Below, piece after piece: positions 10,151 to 21,102 of a stretch of 64,000 nt of DNA (positions within the stretch are counted from its first letter, which is position 1; each line of letters starts with the position of its first letter). The DNA is from an uncultured Bacilli bacterium. GTDB lineage: Bacteria; Bacillota_I; Bacilli_A; RF39; UBA660. The position numbers and the translations under genes were made by a program. The stretch spans positions 3,863-67,862 of the forward strand of contig CAKOLT010000003.1 in NCBI GenBank assembly GCA_934096315.1, written 5' to 3'. The notes under the pieces were generated by a model. The model did no database searches. It was not told the origin of the DNA and saw only the letters and a list, made by a program, of their open reading frames with translations.

Positions 10151-10151
10151 A

Positions 10152-10844
10152 TTATTTATTTAATAGTTTTAGTGCCCTTGTTTTAGCGGACTCTTGTTTA
10201 AATTCTTTCATTCTATCTCTTTCATAAAGATATTTTAATTCACTTTGGACATAGATAATTATAGTATCTAGATCATTTGCATTTATATTGTAAATATCAC
10301 CATTTTGGTCATAAACAAACTCCTTTATTTTTCCGTCAAACTCTACGAATCCTATAACTTTTCCTTTGTACTTTGAATCTTCAGGAAGTGTTACGGTTAT
10401 TTCAAAAGCAAATGAATTACTTTTTTTAGTATCTATACCATAGAATGAATCACTTAAACGAGTAAATTCTTTAGAAATGATTTTATCTTTTTTATAATCA
10501 TATAAACTAAGTGATTGATCATCATTTTGGACTATCATTACTCCATTATTTTCAAAAAATGGATTTAAGTTGAAATGTCTATCTGTATTAAATGTCCACT
10601 CTTTTTGTTCTGATAATGATTTACCATCGTATTTCATTATCTTTATATCGTATCCAGTTACTCTAGATGAACCTCCTCTTAGCATTTTTTCCTGTCTTTT
10701 TTTAAATAATAAAAAGTGTGTATCATCAAGTGGTCTATAACTGTATAAACCATCTTGATTAAGTAATATTTTTTCTCCATCTACATTACATACTACATTT
10801 TCATTATTTTTGATTATATATTTTTTACTACTTCTTACTTCCAT
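10152..10844 (-). CDS. Hypothetical protein
   Basis: ORF with GAGGAGGA 8 nt upstream of the ATG at 10844; the track's longer start at 10877 lacks an RBS. No family recognised and no TM or signal peptide. Confidence 0.5.
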   Translation of the reverse strand: MEVRSSKKYIIKNNENVVCNVDGEKILLNQDGLYSYRPLDDTHFLLFKKRQEKMLRGGSSRVTGYDIKIMKYDGKSLSEQKEWTFNTDRHFNLNPFFENNGVMIVQNDDQSLSLYDYKKDKIISKEFTRLSDSFYGIDTKKSNSFAFEITVTLPEDSKYKGKVIGFVEFDGKIKEFVYDQNGDIYNINANDLDTIIIYVQSELKYLYERDRMKEFKQESAKTRALKLLNK

Positions 10845-10884
10845 ATATATTTTCCTCCTCGTGCAATATAATAACACATTTTAA

Positions 10885-12186
10885 TCATTTTTGCAAGTAT
10901 TCCCCTGAATTATTGTTTGCTTTACTTAGAATTACAATGCTTTTATTATCAAAATTTAAACTATTTATTAACTCCTCAAACTCTTCCATATTAAGTGATT
11001 TTAAAATGTCTGTAATATTTTCTTCGATTTTTCCCTCAAAAATCATATTATCTATTATCATTTCGTTTACAAGTACTATGTTTTCATAACTAAATATCTC
11101 ATTACTAATTAGTACTTTCTTTTTTCTTTCGAAATCTCTATTATCTATTTTTATATCTTTTAAATTTTTATCTATTTCTTTGCTTAATTCTTCATAATTG
11201 TCTGTTTCATTTAATAGAGAAATTATTAAATGGGTATCTGTATCTAATAAGTTATAACTAACTGTATTAGTTATAATCTTTCTTTTTTTCATTTCATAAT
11301 CGAATGAAGAGGTATCACCGAATAGAAGATTAAATAAAATATATAAATAAATGTTAATTTTTCTTTTATTTAAAGAATTGTTTGTAATATTTATTTTTAT
11401 ATTATAAGAGAATTTTGATACATCTGTATTACCATTTATTATTTCCTTCTCTTTAACAACCTTATCTGGTTCTTTTATTTTATTTTCTTTAATTTTAACA
11501 AAATCTCCGAACTTTTTCTTATTTTGGTTAGTTCTAATTACTTCTAGAATTTCTTCTGTATTAAAGTTACCTGATACTACTAGAAACATATTTTTAGGAT
11601 GATAGAAGTTATTATAACACTTATATAATAATTCTGGAGTTATTTTATTTATTTCCTCTGTTGTACCAATAATGCTATTTCTGAAGTTGTTTTTAAATAA
11701 AGTGTTTTTTCTTATTTTTTCGTATAAAACATCTATTGGTCTATCATCGCACATATGTATTTCTTGAGTGATTATTCCTTTTTCTTTTTCTACGTTTTCA
11801 TCAGTGAAATATGGTTCTTGGACGAAATCAAGAAGAAAACTGATATTTTCTTTTAAATTATGTACTCCCCCGAAAAGGTAGGTTGTATTTTTAAATGTTG
11901 TATAGGCATTGCTTGTTGCACCATTTGCTGAGAAATAATCGCTTGGGTCTGGTCCTTCTTTTTGAGCAAATACTTTATGTTCTAAGAAATGGGCAATACC
12001 GTTAGGCATTTTTAATTTTTTATCCTCTTCTTTATCATAGAATTCTGTATTTACTGATCCAAACTTTGTTGTGAATGTTACATAATTATTATGAAAATCT
12101 TCTTTATTATAAAGATATACTTCTAACCCGTTATCTAATTTTTCATATGTTATTATCTCATTTATTCCTTTGATTTTTATTTTCAT
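10885..12186 (-). CDS. M16-family zinc peptidase (active subunit)
   Basis: The inverted zincin motif HxxEH is present as HFLEH near the N-terminus. 433 aa, paired with an upstream M16 paralogue. Confidence 0.85.
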   Translation of the reverse strand: MKIKIKGINEIITYEKLDNGLEVYLYNKEDFHNNYVTFTTKFGSVNTEFYDKEEDKKLKMPNGIAHFLEHKVFAQKEGPDPSDYFSANGATSNAYTTFKNTTYLFGGVHNLKENISFLLDFVQEPYFTDENVEKEKGIITQEIHMCDDRPIDVLYEKIRKNTLFKNNFRNSIIGTTEEINKITPELLYKCYNNFYHPKNMFLVVSGNFNTEEILEVIRTNQNKKKFGDFVKIKENKIKEPDKVVKEKEIINGNTDVSKFSYNIKINITNNSLNKRKINIYLYILFNLLFGDTSSFDYEMKKRKIITNTVSYNLLDTDTHLIISLLNETDNYEELSKEIDKNLKDIKIDNRDFERKKKVLISNEIFSYENIVLVNEMIIDNMIFEGKIEENITDILKSLNMEEFEELINSLNFDNKSIVILSKANNNSGEYLQK

Positions 12187-13445
12187 TACTTTTCCCCCTT
12201 TTTGGTGGCACTTGTCATGTTTATGTGTAATTTTTTGGATAGATTAATTATATCATTTATAGTTACTTCTTTTAATTTTTTTATTCTAACAAGGGCTTCA
12301 TCACTATCTACTAATTCTTTAGCGAAATATGTGTTTATAATTCCAAATGGATTATCTGTATTGCTAATTATTGAAGATATTAAAGTTTCTTTAGCACTTT
12401 CTAAATACTCTGTATTTATTTTACCTTTACCTAAGTTAGTTACATTTTTTCTTATTAATTTTATTACTGTATCTTCGTTGGAGTTTTCTACCCCTGAATA
12501 TATAATTAAGATATTGTCATAACTTTTTGATATAGAATTTATGTAATATGCGTAGGAGTGTTTTTCTCTTATGTTGTTAAATAATATAGAACTTGAAGAA
12601 CCTCCGAGTAATTCATTATAAACTGGTAATACATATTTTCTTTCATAACTGGTTAGATCTGATATGCTATATAACATTACTATTTGTGATTGGTTGACAT
12701 CGTCTTCATATGTTATATTTTTAACTCTTTTTCTAGTGGGAAGAGGTTGGACTATGACATCATCTCTTTTTTTATGGAATGTTGATACTTTAAATTCTTC
12801 TTTAAATAAATCTTTTATTATGATTGGATCTACGTCTCCTACTAGAAAGACATCCACTATATCGTTATTTATGACATCTAAATAATATTCATATAAGTTT
12901 TTTTCATCTATTTTATTTATTATTTCTTCATCACCATAAGGGTTATAGGAATATGGTTTTCCTTCATAGCTTGATAATAAATTAAATATTGCATATCTTA
13001 TTTTGTCATCTTTTAAAACTTTCAGGCTTTTTAAAGCTCTATCTTTTATTTGGGAAACAACATTTGGATTAAATTTTCCATCGCTTATGTTAGGTTTAAA
13101 TATTATATCAAATAAAAAACGTATGGATTCATGATTCATATCTTCCTCTGTATATTTTTCATTTAAAAATCTTAATTTAAAAGATAAATTAGTGTAATTG
13201 CCTATCCTACTGGATGAAGACATTAATTTTAAGTCGTATAGGTTTTCACTTTCTTTTATTAATTCTCTTTCTGTTTTATAATTATAATTGGAATTTAACA
13301 GTACATCTTTTAATATAATTCTTTTACTTATATCTTCTTTTGTTATATGTCTACGAAAACATATATCCATCGTTATAGTTTTAAACTTCTTCGTATTTAT
13401 AATATGTAAATTATATGCACCCATTTCTATTTTCTGATAATTCAT
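12186..13445 (-). CDS. M16-family peptidase-like protein (non-catalytic partner)
   Basis: Length and layout match M16, but no HxxEH is present at the equivalent position (ILKDVLL). The stop and start overlap with the downstream active subunit, like YmfF/YmfH pairs. Confidence 0.7.
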   Translation of the reverse strand: MNYQKIEMGAYNLHIINTKKFKTITMDICFRRHITKEDISKRIILKDVLLNSNYNYKTERELIKESENLYDLKLMSSSSRIGNYTNLSFKLRFLNEKYTEEDMNHESIRFLFDIIFKPNISDGKFNPNVVSQIKDRALKSLKVLKDDKIRYAIFNLLSSYEGKPYSYNPYGDEEIINKIDEKNLYEYYLDVINNDIVDVFLVGDVDPIIIKDLFKEEFKVSTFHKKRDDVIVQPLPTRKRVKNITYEDDVNQSQIVMLYSISDLTSYERKYVLPVYNELLGGSSSSILFNNIREKHSYAYYINSISKSYDNILIIYSGVENSNEDTVIKLIRKNVTNLGKGKINTEYLESAKETLISSIISNTDNPFGIINTYFAKELVDSDEALVRIKKLKEVTINDIINLSKKLHINMTSATKKGEK

Positions 13446-13494
13446 ACAATTCTTCCTCCTTATAAATAGTATAACTATTATTTAATATTTTAAA

Positions 13495-14205
13495 CTATAA
13501 TTTAATTATACTTTCTAATGCTAATTTAATCATCTTATCTAAAGCTACTTCTCTTTCTTTAGAACTTAATTCTTTTTTTGTAATAAAACTATCAGAAATT
13601 GTAAGTATACAACTAGCTTTTTTATTAAAATAACTAGCATTTTTGAATAAAGCATAACTTTCCATCTCTACAGCAGATAGATTATAATTGTCTCTCATGT
13701 CGTTATATATCTCTTTAGTTGTGTAGAAGACATCACTACTGTGTACTTTACCCCTTTTAATATCTATATTCTCTTCTTTAGCAGTCTTTAAAATAATATT
13801 GTTTAATCCAGTATCTGCGGGAATTTCTATATCTTCTGTTCCATCAAAGTTTTTACTATAAGATGAAAGACTATAAGATGAGTCCACTAGTAATACATCT
13901 AAAACATTTAATGTTTTTGTATAAGAACCTGCTGTTCCAATTCTTATTACTGCTTCTACATTATAAAAATTAAATAATTCATAACTGTATATTCCCATAC
14001 TAGGTATACCCATACCATGGGACATAACAGTTATGATTTTTCCTTTATACAAACCTGTGTATCCAAGCATTCCTCTTACCTTATTAATACATTTATATTC
14101 TTGTAAATAATTTTCTGCAATGAATTTTGCTCTGTTTGGATCTCCAGTTAATAATACTAATTTGCTTATATCTTCAGACTTTGCCTCAATATGTGGTGTA
14201 GCCAT
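13495..14205 (-). CDS. deoD: Purine nucleoside phosphorylase, DeoD type
   Basis: MATPHIEAKSEDISKLVLLTGDPNRAKFIAENYL...VMSHGMGIPSMGIYSYEL...GTAGS...VEMESYALF is the DeoD signature. Confidence 0.9.
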   Translation of the reverse strand: MATPHIEAKSEDISKLVLLTGDPNRAKFIAENYLQEYKCINKVRGMLGYTGLYKGKIITVMSHGMGIPSMGIYSYELFNFYNVEAVIRIGTAGSYTKTLNVLDVLLVDSSYSLSSYSKNFDGTEDIEIPADTGLNNIILKTAKEENIDIKRGKVHSSDVFYTTKEIYNDMRDNYNLSAVEMESYALFKNASYFNKKASCILTISDSFITKKELSSKEREVALDKMIKLALESIIKL

Positions 14206-14279
14206 AATTACCTCTCTTTCTAGTATTAATTATAACATATATTATATTATTATTTATAAAAGTTAACTTGCTGATAATT

Positions 14280-14310
14280 AAAAAGAAAAAGAACTTCGTA
14301 AAAAGTTCTT
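14280..14310 (-). terminator. Intrinsic terminator of the arc operon
   Basis: On the minus strand, AAGAACTT-TTTACG-AAGTTCTT is followed by TTTTCTTTT, 12 nt after the stop at 14322. Confidence 0.55.
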
Positions 14311-14321
14311 AATTATCATAA

Positions 14322-15773
14322 TTATGATAGTGCTACCATAGATACCGTAAGTATTATTAGTGATGCAACCATTATTGTAGCTACTACTTTTAAAGACCAT
14401 TTAAACCAAGTAGAATATTCTACTTTTGCTAATGCAAGTCCTCCCATTATTGCTCCGCATGTTGGAGTAATTAGATTAACTAACCCATTAGCTGCTACAA
14501 AAATCATTACAGTAACTTCAACACTGAATCCTAATTCATGAGCAAGTGGTCCCATAATTGGAGTAGATAATGTTGCTAGTCCAGAAGATGATGGTACCAA
14601 TACAGATAATATTATATGTAATAAATAATCTAGTGGTGCGAATAATACTGGTGGTAAGTTTCTCATAGCGTCTGCAGCATTATAAATAATATAATTATCT
14701 AAATGAGTGATTCCCATTAATACAGAAGCTCCACGAGCAATTGCGATTATTAAGATAACTCCCATCATATCAGCAGCACCTGCTACAAATGTATCTGCAA
14801 ATTTCTTTTCACTTTCACGGTTAACTAAACCAATTATGATAGACATTATGAAGAACCATAGTGATGCTTCTTGGAAATACCACCATCCGATTGGATTACC
14901 AGTTAATTTACCTGTGGTATCTAAGAATATGTTAATACCAAAGCTATCCCATGGGATAAATCCTATTATCATTATTACAAAAGTTATTCCGAATAATACA
15001 AGGGTTAGTTTTTGTTTTCCTGATAGTTTTACATCTTTATCTTTTTCAGCAGGTTTTAGATATGTTTTATCCATTTCTTTTTGTTCACGAAGTGATAAGA
15101 AAGTAGATCCTTTATCATGTTTTACTTTTTTTGCATATGCCATTACAAATGCGACTGCTATAAAGTAAGATACTAACCATAAGGCAACTCCTATACCTAT
15201 AATTATACCTTGGTTTACTTCAATTCCTTTAGGTAGAGAATCTATTGCAACTCCTACAGCAAATGGATTGATGGTAGAGCCTAATACTCCGACACCTGCT
15301 CCAAGTAATACTATAGCAGAAGCTACTATTGTATCCATACCAGCGACTACCATTGTAGCAGCAAGTAGAGCATAAAACCCAACGGTTTCTTCAAGCATTC
15401 CATAAGTAGTACCTCCTATAGAGAAGATAAACATAAGTATAGGAATTATCCATAATTCTTTACCTTTCATCTTCTTAATAAGAACTTTTATTCCTGTTTC
15501 AAGAGCTCCAGTAGAGTTAACAACTGCTAGGAAACCTCCTAAAATGAATATGAATATTGCTACATCCATTGCATCTTTAAATCCTAAAACTGGTGCAAGT
15601 AGGATATCAGAAAGAGATGCAGCTACAACACCACTACCATTGACTATTTCTTCACCTACAAAACTAGCCTCTGGTAAAAAGTGAGTTATCACTCCCAAGA
15701 ATATTACGATTAGTAATATAATTGAAAATGATGTTAAGACAAATTTTTTATTTTTTTCTTTTGTCTTGGCCAT
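14322..15773 (-). CDS. arcD: YfcC/ArcD-type transporter as an independently initiated product (alternative reading of the fused ORF)
   Basis: The internal ATG at 15773..15771 ([11 protein letters not shown]...) is preceded by AAGGAGG with a 6-nt spacer, the normal layout of a separate arcD start. Confidence 0.5.
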   Translation of the reverse strand: MAKTKEKNKKFVLTSFSIILLIVIFLGVITHFLPEASFVGEEIVNGSGVVAASLSDILLAPVLGFKDAMDVAIFIFILGGFLAVVNSTGALETGIKVLIKKMKGKELWIIPILMFIFSIGGTTYGMLEETVGFYALLAATMVVAGMDTIVASAIVLLGAGVGVLGSTINPFAVGVAIDSLPKGIEVNQGIIIGIGVALWLVSYFIAVAFVMAYAKKVKHDKGSTFLSLREQKEMDKTYLKPAEKDKDVKLSGKQKLTLVLFGITFVIMIIGFIPWDSFGINIFLDTTGKLTGNPIGWWYFQEASLWFFIMSIIIGLVNRESEKKFADTFVAGAADMMGVILIIAIARGASVLMGITHLDNYIIYNAADAMRNLPPVLFAPLDYLLHIILSVLVPSSSGLATLSTPIMGPLAHELGFSVEVTVMIFVAANGLVNLITPTCGAIMGGLALAKVEYSTWFKWSLKVVATIMVASLIILTVSMVALS

Positions 15774-16733
15774 TTTTATCCTCCTTTTCTCCTTTTCCCC
15801 CTCTTTAGTAATTGTTGTACCGTTTTTTCCTTCTAAGGCGTTTACGCCATTATTTAATGATGTAATTATTGCTTCTTTTTTAGGATTATCTTTTACAAAA
15901 TTTATACTTGCTTCAACCTTTGGAAGCATACTTCCTTTTGCAAAATACCCTTTATTAATATATTCTTCTGCCTCTTCTACTGACATGTATTTTATTGCTT
16001 TAGCATCTTTCGTATTGTAATTTATATATACTTTGTCTACCGCAGTTAGTATTAAGAGTATATCAGCGTCTACAATTTTTGCAAGCAAGCTTGCGGCAAA
16101 ATCTTTATCAATAACGGCGTCTACTCCTTTGTAAGAACCATTATCATTAATAACAGGGATTCCTCCTCCTCCAGCAGTAATTACAACGTTTCCATCACTG
16201 ACTAGATCTTTAATAACATCTTCTTCAATGATACTGATAGGTTTAGGAGACGGTACTACTCTCCGATAACCCCTACCAGAGTCTTCGACAAACTTATATC
16301 CCTTTTCACTCATGATTTTTTGAGCTTCTTCTTGGGTATAAAACATTCCTACAGGTTTAGTTGGATTAAGAAAGGCACTATCTTTCTTATCTACTTCAAT
16401 CTGAGTAATGATTGTCACACAATTTTTGTTTATACCATTTTTCTTTAATTCGTGGGCAATTGATTGTTGTAAGTGATATCCTATATATCCTTGACTCATT
16501 GCTCCGCACTCTGCAAATGGTATAGAGGGAGTTCCAATATTTTGGCTACTTGCATAATCTGTTGCAAGTTTAATAACTCCAACTTGTGGTCCATTTCCAT
16601 GGACTACTATTACTTCATGATTATTATTTACTATTTTTACGATCTGTTTGGCAGTTTTTTTTACTAATTTTAATTGCTCTTCAGGGGTATTACCTAAGGC
16701 ATTACCCCCTAGAGCAATTACTATTTTACTCAT
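14322..16733 (-). CDS. arcC: Carbamate kinase fused in frame to a YfcC/ArcD-type (DcuC-like) putative arginine/ornithine antiporter
   Basis: Residues 1-310 are carbamate kinase ([12 protein letters not shown]...[10 protein letters not shown]...GGGGIPV...GSMLPKVEA...GTTIT). A 10-residue linker, [11 protein letters not shown], follows. Residues 321-803 are a polytopic YfcC-family transporter. No stop codon separates the two parts. Confidence 0.75.
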   Translation of the reverse strand: MSKIVIALGGNALGNTPEEQLKLVKKTAKQIVKIVNNNHEVIVVHGNGPQVGVIKLATDYASSQNIGTPSIPFAECGAMSQGYIGYHLQQSIAHELKKNGINKNCVTIITQIEVDKKDSAFLNPTKPVGMFYTQEEAQKIMSEKGYKFVEDSGRGYRRVVPSPKPISIIEEDVIKDLVSDGNVVITAGGGGIPVINDNGSYKGVDAVIDKDFAASLLAKIVDADILLILTAVDKVYINYNTKDAKAIKYMSVEEAEEYINKGYFAKGSMLPKVEASINFVKDNPKKEAIITSLNNGVNALEGKNGTTITKEGEKEKRRIKMAKTKEKNKKFVLTSFSIILLIVIFLGVITHFLPEASFVGEEIVNGSGVVAASLSDILLAPVLGFKDAMDVAIFIFILGGFLAVVNSTGALETGIKVLIKKMKGKELWIIPILMFIFSIGGTTYGMLEETVGFYALLAATMVVAGMDTIVASAIVLLGAGVGVLGSTINPFAVGVAIDSLPKGIEVNQGIIIGIGVALWLVSYFIAVAFVMAYAKKVKHDKGSTFLSLREQKEMDKTYLKPAEKDKDVKLSGKQKLTLVLFGITFVIMIIGFIPWDSFGINIFLDTTGKLTGNPIGWWYFQEASLWFFIMSIIIGLVNRESEKKFADTFVAGAADMMGVILIIAIARGASVLMGITHLDNYIIYNAADAMRNLPPVLFAPLDYLLHIILSVLVPSSSGLATLSTPIMGPLAHELGFSVEVTVMIFVAANGLVNLITPTCGAIMGGLALAKVEYSTWFKWSLKVVATIMVASLIILTVSMVALS

Positions 16734-17721
16734 TATATTCCTTCATTGTAGCATACATAACTGCCTTTATTGTATGCATTCTGTTTTCGGCTTCATCAAA
16801 TACTTTAGAAGAACTTGATTCAAAGACTTCATCAGTTACTTCCATTTCTTTTATACCGAATTTTTCATATATATCCATACCTATTGTTGTGTCTGTGTTG
16901 TGAAATGATGGTAGGCAGTGAAGGAATATTGCGTTTTTACTACAACTATCCATTATTTTTTTATTAACTTGATATGGAAGTAATAAATCTATTCTTTCTT
17001 TCCATTTACTAGCATCCTCACCCATACTTAACCATACATCTGTATATATTACATCCATATTTTTAACTTCTTCAGGGTTTGATGTGAAATTAATACTACA
17101 TCCGTTTTCTTTTGCTATTAATCTGCATTTGTTAGTAAGTTCTTCTTCTGGCCATAATTCTTCTGGAGCACAGCAGTTGAAGTTAATTCCTAGTTTACTA
17201 CATATAACCATAAGGGAATTTCCAACATTGTTACGTGCATCTCCGAAGAAGCAGAAGTTTATTCCTTGTAAATAACCAAAATTTTCTTCAATAGTCATAA
17301 CGTCTGCAAGCATTTGGGTTGGATGAAACATATCTGTTAAACCATTCCATACTGGAACTGTTGAATATTTGCATAGTTCTTCAACTATATTTTGTGAAAA
17401 ACCACGATATTCTATTCCGTCGTATATTCTAGTTAGTACTCTCGCTGTATCTTTAATTGTTTCTTTTTTACCCATTTGCGAACCGGTAGGTCCTAAATAA
17501 GTAACATTCATACCTAGGTCATAGGCTGCTACTTCAAAAGAACATCTTGTTCTTGTTGAATCTTTTTCAAATAATATAACTATATTTTTGCCTTTTAAGT
17601 AATCGTGTTTAATATTATTGTGTTTTTTTGTTTTGAATTCTTTAGATAAGTTAAGTAAGTATTTTATTTCTTCACTTGAGTAATCTAATAATTTTGAAAA
17701 ATCTCTTCCTTTTAAGTTCAT
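16726..17721 (-). CDS. arcB: Ornithine carbamoyltransferase (catabolic by context)
   Basis: [17 protein letters not shown] and HCLP motifs; 331 aa. Its stop overlaps the arcC start (ATGAGTAA). Confidence 0.9.
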   Translation of the reverse strand: MNLKGRDFSKLLDYSSEEIKYLLNLSKEFKTKKHNNIKHDYLKGKNIVILFEKDSTRTRCSFEVAAYDLGMNVTYLGPTGSQMGKKETIKDTARVLTRIYDGIEYRGFSQNIVEELCKYSTVPVWNGLTDMFHPTQMLADVMTIEENFGYLQGINFCFFGDARNNVGNSLMVICSKLGINFNCCAPEELWPEEELTNKCRLIAKENGCSINFTSNPEEVKNMDVIYTDVWLSMGEDASKWKERIDLLLPYQVNKKIMDSCSKNAIFLHCLPSFHNTDTTIGMDIYEKFGIKEMEVTDEVFESSSSKVFDEAENRMHTIKAVMYATMKEYNE

Positions 17722-17722
17722 A

Positions 17723-18949
17723 TTAATCCTCTCTTATAAGGGGCATACTCATACATCTTGGTCCCCCACGACCTCTTGATAATTCAGCACTATGCATTTC
17801 ATAAACTTTTAGACCATGGCTTCTTAATATGTCATTAGTGACATTGTTTCTGTTGTAGACTACTACTACTCCGGGAGCAATACATAATGTATTAGTGCCA
17901 TCATTCCATTGTTCTCTTTCTGATGGTATTTTATCTCCTCCAGCACATGGTATTAGCGTGATATCTTTTTCTAAATATTCTTCTAATATTTTTTCTAGAG
18001 ATCCTTTTTTCTGTTTAACTTTTACTAGATCTGGTCTGTCTCCTCTAGTTATTTCAAATACTCTTAGACTATCCATTATTCCTGGGTGGTAAGTAAATTT
18101 ATCATAATCTATTTGAGTAAATACTGTATCTAAGTGCATAAATGCTCTACATTCTGGTATTAGGAATGCAAGAACTGTATCTATTTTACAATCTGAGTCT
18201 GCAAATAGATTTTTAGATAGAAGGTCTATAGCGTCTGCACTAGTTCTTTGTGATATACCTATTGCAAGAATGTGTTCGTTTAGGTTAAGTACATCACCAC
18301 CTTCTATATTAAATGGATTCTCTCTATCATAATATTTTTTGACTTTATCTTGATATTCTGGATGATAGTTAAATATATAACTTGCATATATTGTTTCTCT
18401 ACTTCTTGTTTCAGAATACATTTTATTTAATACAACACCGTCTCCAACAGATGCAAAAGGGTCTCTGGTAAAGTATAGGTTAGGCAGTGGTTCTGCTAAA
18501 AATTTACCTTCTTCGCTGACTAAGTCTACTAGAGAGTTTTCTATATCTTTTTTCTTTCTATCTAACTCGTCTACTTTTATTCCTTCCATTGTTTTTAGGA
18601 CTAATTCTTTGTTATCTTCTATATTCATTAATAGATCAAATAACATGTCTTTATACATTGGTGTTCTAATTCCTGCTTCGTATATGAATTGTCTTATAAA
18701 AGCAGGTTTAATATTGGGATTGTTGTCTAGAACTTCAGTCATTAAATCTTCTAGATATACAACCTCTATTCCGTTTTCTTTTAATATACTTGCAAATTCA
18801 TCGTGTTCTATTTGGGCATCCTTTAAGTAAGGGATATCATCAAATAGTAGTTTGTTTAAGGTATCTGGAGTTAAGTTTAATAACTCTTTACCTGGTCTAT
18901 GTAACAATACTTTTTTAAGTGGTTTTATTTCGCTTGTTACGTGTATCAT
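17723..18949 (-). CDS. arcA: Arginine deiminase
   Basis: 408 aa. [18 protein letters not shown]...FTRDPF...EGGDVL...[10 protein letters not shown] includes the C-terminal catalytic Cys block of ADI. Confidence 0.95.
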   Translation of the reverse strand: MIHVTSEIKPLKKVLLHRPGKELLNLTPDTLNKLLFDDIPYLKDAQIEHDEFASILKENGIEVVYLEDLMTEVLDNNPNIKPAFIRQFIYEAGIRTPMYKDMLFDLLMNIEDNKELVLKTMEGIKVDELDRKKKDIENSLVDLVSEEGKFLAEPLPNLYFTRDPFASVGDGVVLNKMYSETRSRETIYASYIFNYHPEYQDKVKKYYDRENPFNIEGGDVLNLNEHILAIGISQRTSADAIDLLSKNLFADSDCKIDTVLAFLIPECRAFMHLDTVFTQIDYDKFTYHPGIMDSLRVFEITRGDRPDLVKVKQKKGSLEKILEEYLEKDITLIPCAGGDKIPSEREQWNDGTNTLCIAPGVVVVYNRNNVTNDILRSHGLKVYEMHSAELSRGRGGPRCMSMPLIRED

Positions 18950-18968
18950 TTTATCATCCTCCCTATTT

Positions 18969-18996
18969 ATTATAACATATATTTATCATTTTTCAA
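18969..18996 (-). promoter_or_regulatory. Possible promoter for arcA overlapping the ABC ATPase stop codon
   Basis: The minus strand reads TTGAAA, 16 nt, TGtTATAAT. The -10 lies only about 6 nt from the SD, so the leader would be very short. Read-through from the ABC operon is an equally good model. Confidence 0.3.
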
Positions 18997-19705
18997 TATC
19001 AAAAATAAATTTTTTTACTCTTTCATTGTCTCCATTTATGATATCTTCATAACTTTCATCTAATACTATTTTACCAGATTCTAAAAAGATTACTCTGTCA
19101 GAAAATTCTTTTACGAATTCCATTTCATGACTTACTATTATAAGGGTTATACCCTCATCTTTAAGTTTTTTTATTAATTCTATAACTTCTTTAGTCATTT
19201 CTGGATCTAGGGCACTGGTTGGCTCATCTAATAATATTAATCTTGGGGACATTATTAGCGTTCTGATAATGGCTACTCTTTGTTTTTCTCCTCCGGATAA
19301 ACTTGAGGGATAGCTGTCTTTTTTATCAAATAAACCTATTTCTTTAAGCATAGATAGTGCCTTTTTCTTAGCGTTTTTTTCAGTCATTATCTTGTGTTTT
19401 ACTGGGGCTAAGGTTATGTTTTCTAGTACTGTTAAGTTATCAAAGAGATTGAAGTGCTGAAATACCATACCTATTTCTTTACGCATTTCCCTAGAATTTA
19501 TATCATTTACAACTTTTCTATCAAATAACACTTCTCCGCTTGTGGGGACAATCATTCTGTTCAGACATCTTAGTAAAGTACTTTTACCACTTCCAGAGGG
19601 TCCTATTATGGATACTATTTCTTCATTATCTACATCAAAGCTTATATTTTTTAGGATTGTTTTGTTTTCATAAACTTTTGATAAATTTCTAACCGACAGT
19701 AGCAT
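18986..19705 (-). CDS. Polar amino-acid ABC transporter, ATP-binding protein
   Basis: Walker A GPSGSGKST, Q-loop, signature LSGGEKQRVAI and Walker B LILLDEPTSALD; GlnQ/ArtP-like, 239 aa. Confidence 0.9.
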   Translation of the reverse strand: MLLSVRNLSKVYENKTILKNISFDVDNEEIVSIIGPSGSGKSTLLRCLNRMIVPTSGEVLFDRKVVNDINSREMRKEIGMVFQHFNLFDNLTVLENITLAPVKHKIMTEKNAKKKALSMLKEIGLFDKKDSYPSSLSGGEKQRVAIIRTLIMSPRLILLDEPTSALDPEMTKEVIELIKKLKDEGITLIIVSHEMEFVKEFSDRVIFLESGKIVLDESYEDIINGDNERVKKFIFDIEK

Positions 19706-20378
19706 TTTTGTTACCTCCCTTGTTTATTAATTTAGATAAGAATAAAGTTAACGTAAGATAAATTAAAGAAGTTATTATTAATGGGAAGAAATAGTCATAT
19801 GTACGGGACGCTATTATATCACTTGCTTTTGTTAATTCTACTATTCCGATGTAACCTGCTACGGAGGTTTCTTTAAGAAGTGTGATAAATTCATTTCCAA
19901 GAGCAGGTTTTATGTTTTTTATTGCTTGGGGTAAAATTACGTATCTTGTAGTTTGTCCATAAGATAGTCCTAGGCTTTTACCAGCTTCCATTTGACCTGG
20001 GTTTACAGATATTAAGCCTGATTTAATTATTTCGGATACATAAGCACCACTGTTAAGACCAAAGGCAAGTATTCCAATTAGTATTATGTTAGTATTTACG
20101 GATTTAAATATTACATAATAAATAATCATAAGTTGAAGTAATACTGGAGTTCCTCTGATAATTGCAACGTATATTCTGCATATTAAACTGCATATTTTTA
20201 GTTTACCTGTTTCTTTATGGTAATCGTTTATAAGGGCAATTAAAAGTCCAAGCACTATACCTATTATTGTAGCAAATATTGCCATTGTTATTGTATTAAA
20301 TAGTCCTTCAAGGATGTATTTATATCTATCTTGAAAGATTATAGAATTGTAAAAATCGTTATATATATTGTTTAACAT
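19689..20378 (-). CDS. Polar amino-acid ABC transporter permease
   Basis: HisM/GlnP-type permease with the EAA-like loop (EAGKSLGLSYGQTTRYVILPQA). Overlaps the ATPase gene. Confidence 0.9.
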   Translation of the reverse strand: MLNNIYNDFYNSIIFQDRYKYILEGLFNTITMAIFATIIGIVLGLLIALINDYHKETGKLKICSLICRIYVAIIRGTPVLLQLMIIYYVIFKSVNTNIILIGILAFGLNSGAYVSEIIKSGLISVNPGQMEAGKSLGLSYGQTTRYVILPQAIKNIKPALGNEFITLLKETSVAGYIGIVELTKASDIIASRTYDYFFPLIITSLIYLTLTLFLSKLINKGGNKNATVG

Positions 20379-20385
20379 ACTTCAC

Positions 20386-21102
20386 CTACTTTGAATGGTT
20401 TAGAACAAACTCATCTATTTTTCCTTCCTCTTGTAATTTTTTTAAAGTTTTATTAATTCTATCTAGTAATTTTTTGTTATCTTTTTTTACAGCAATTCCA
20501 TAAGTGTCAGAAAATAATTCTCCTTCTAATATTTTTAAATCTTTATTATTTTTTATTATTTCTTTAGCTGGAAGGTAATCCATAACTATGCAATCTACTT
20601 TTTCTCTTTTTAAGTCTTCCGTCATGGATAAATATTTTTTCTGTCTGCTTAAATCTAAGTTATCATAGTCATTACTTAGTGTAATGTCTGCTATTGATCC
20701 TAGTTGGACAGCTATTTTCTTATTAAATATATCATTAGTGCTTGTTATTTGACTATTGTTATTTACCATTACTATTTGTCTTGATTCGACGTAAGGAGTA
20801 CTAAAATCTACTTCTTTTAGTCTTTCTTCTGTAATACTCATGCCCGCTAGAGCCATGTCTGCTTTACCACTTTTTAACTCATTAATTATAGAGTCAAAAG
20901 CTACATCTTTTATTTCTAGTTTTTTACCCATACTGCTTGCTATTTCTTTAGCAATATCTATATCTACTCCTACTATTTCTCCGTTTTCATAATATTCATA
21001 TGGGGCGAAACCTGCCTCGGTTACCATTACTAATGTATCATCTTTTTTGCCGCAACCAGTAGTAAGTAATAATATTAATAATATACTAATTATTTTTTTC
21101 AT
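20386..21102 (-). CDS. Amino-acid ABC transporter substrate-binding lipoprotein (family 3)
   Basis: Lipobox LLLTTGC followed by a family-3 SBP fold (FAPYEY...VGVDIDIAKEIA...GKADMALAGMSITEER). Confidence 0.85.
   Translation of the reverse strand: MKKIISILLILLLTTGCGKKDDTLVMVTEAGFAPYEYYENGEIVGVDIDIAKEIASSMGKKLEIKDVAFDSIINELKSGKADMALAGMSITEERLKEVDFSTPYVESRQIVMVNNNSQITSTNDIFNKKIAVQLGSIADITLSNDYDNLDLSRQKKYLSMTEDLKREKVDCIVMDYLPAKEIIKNNKDLKILEGELFSDTYGIAVKKDNKKLLDRINKTLKKLQEEGKIDEFVLNHSK

Noticed and set aside
18950-18996. A possible ArgR/AhrC ARG box between the -35 and -10 of the putative arcA promoter (AATGATAAATATATGT).
   Set aside because: It matches only part of the TGAATwwwwATTCA core. In DNA this AT-rich, such partial matches are expected by chance. 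It cannot be supported without a PWM scan and comparative data.
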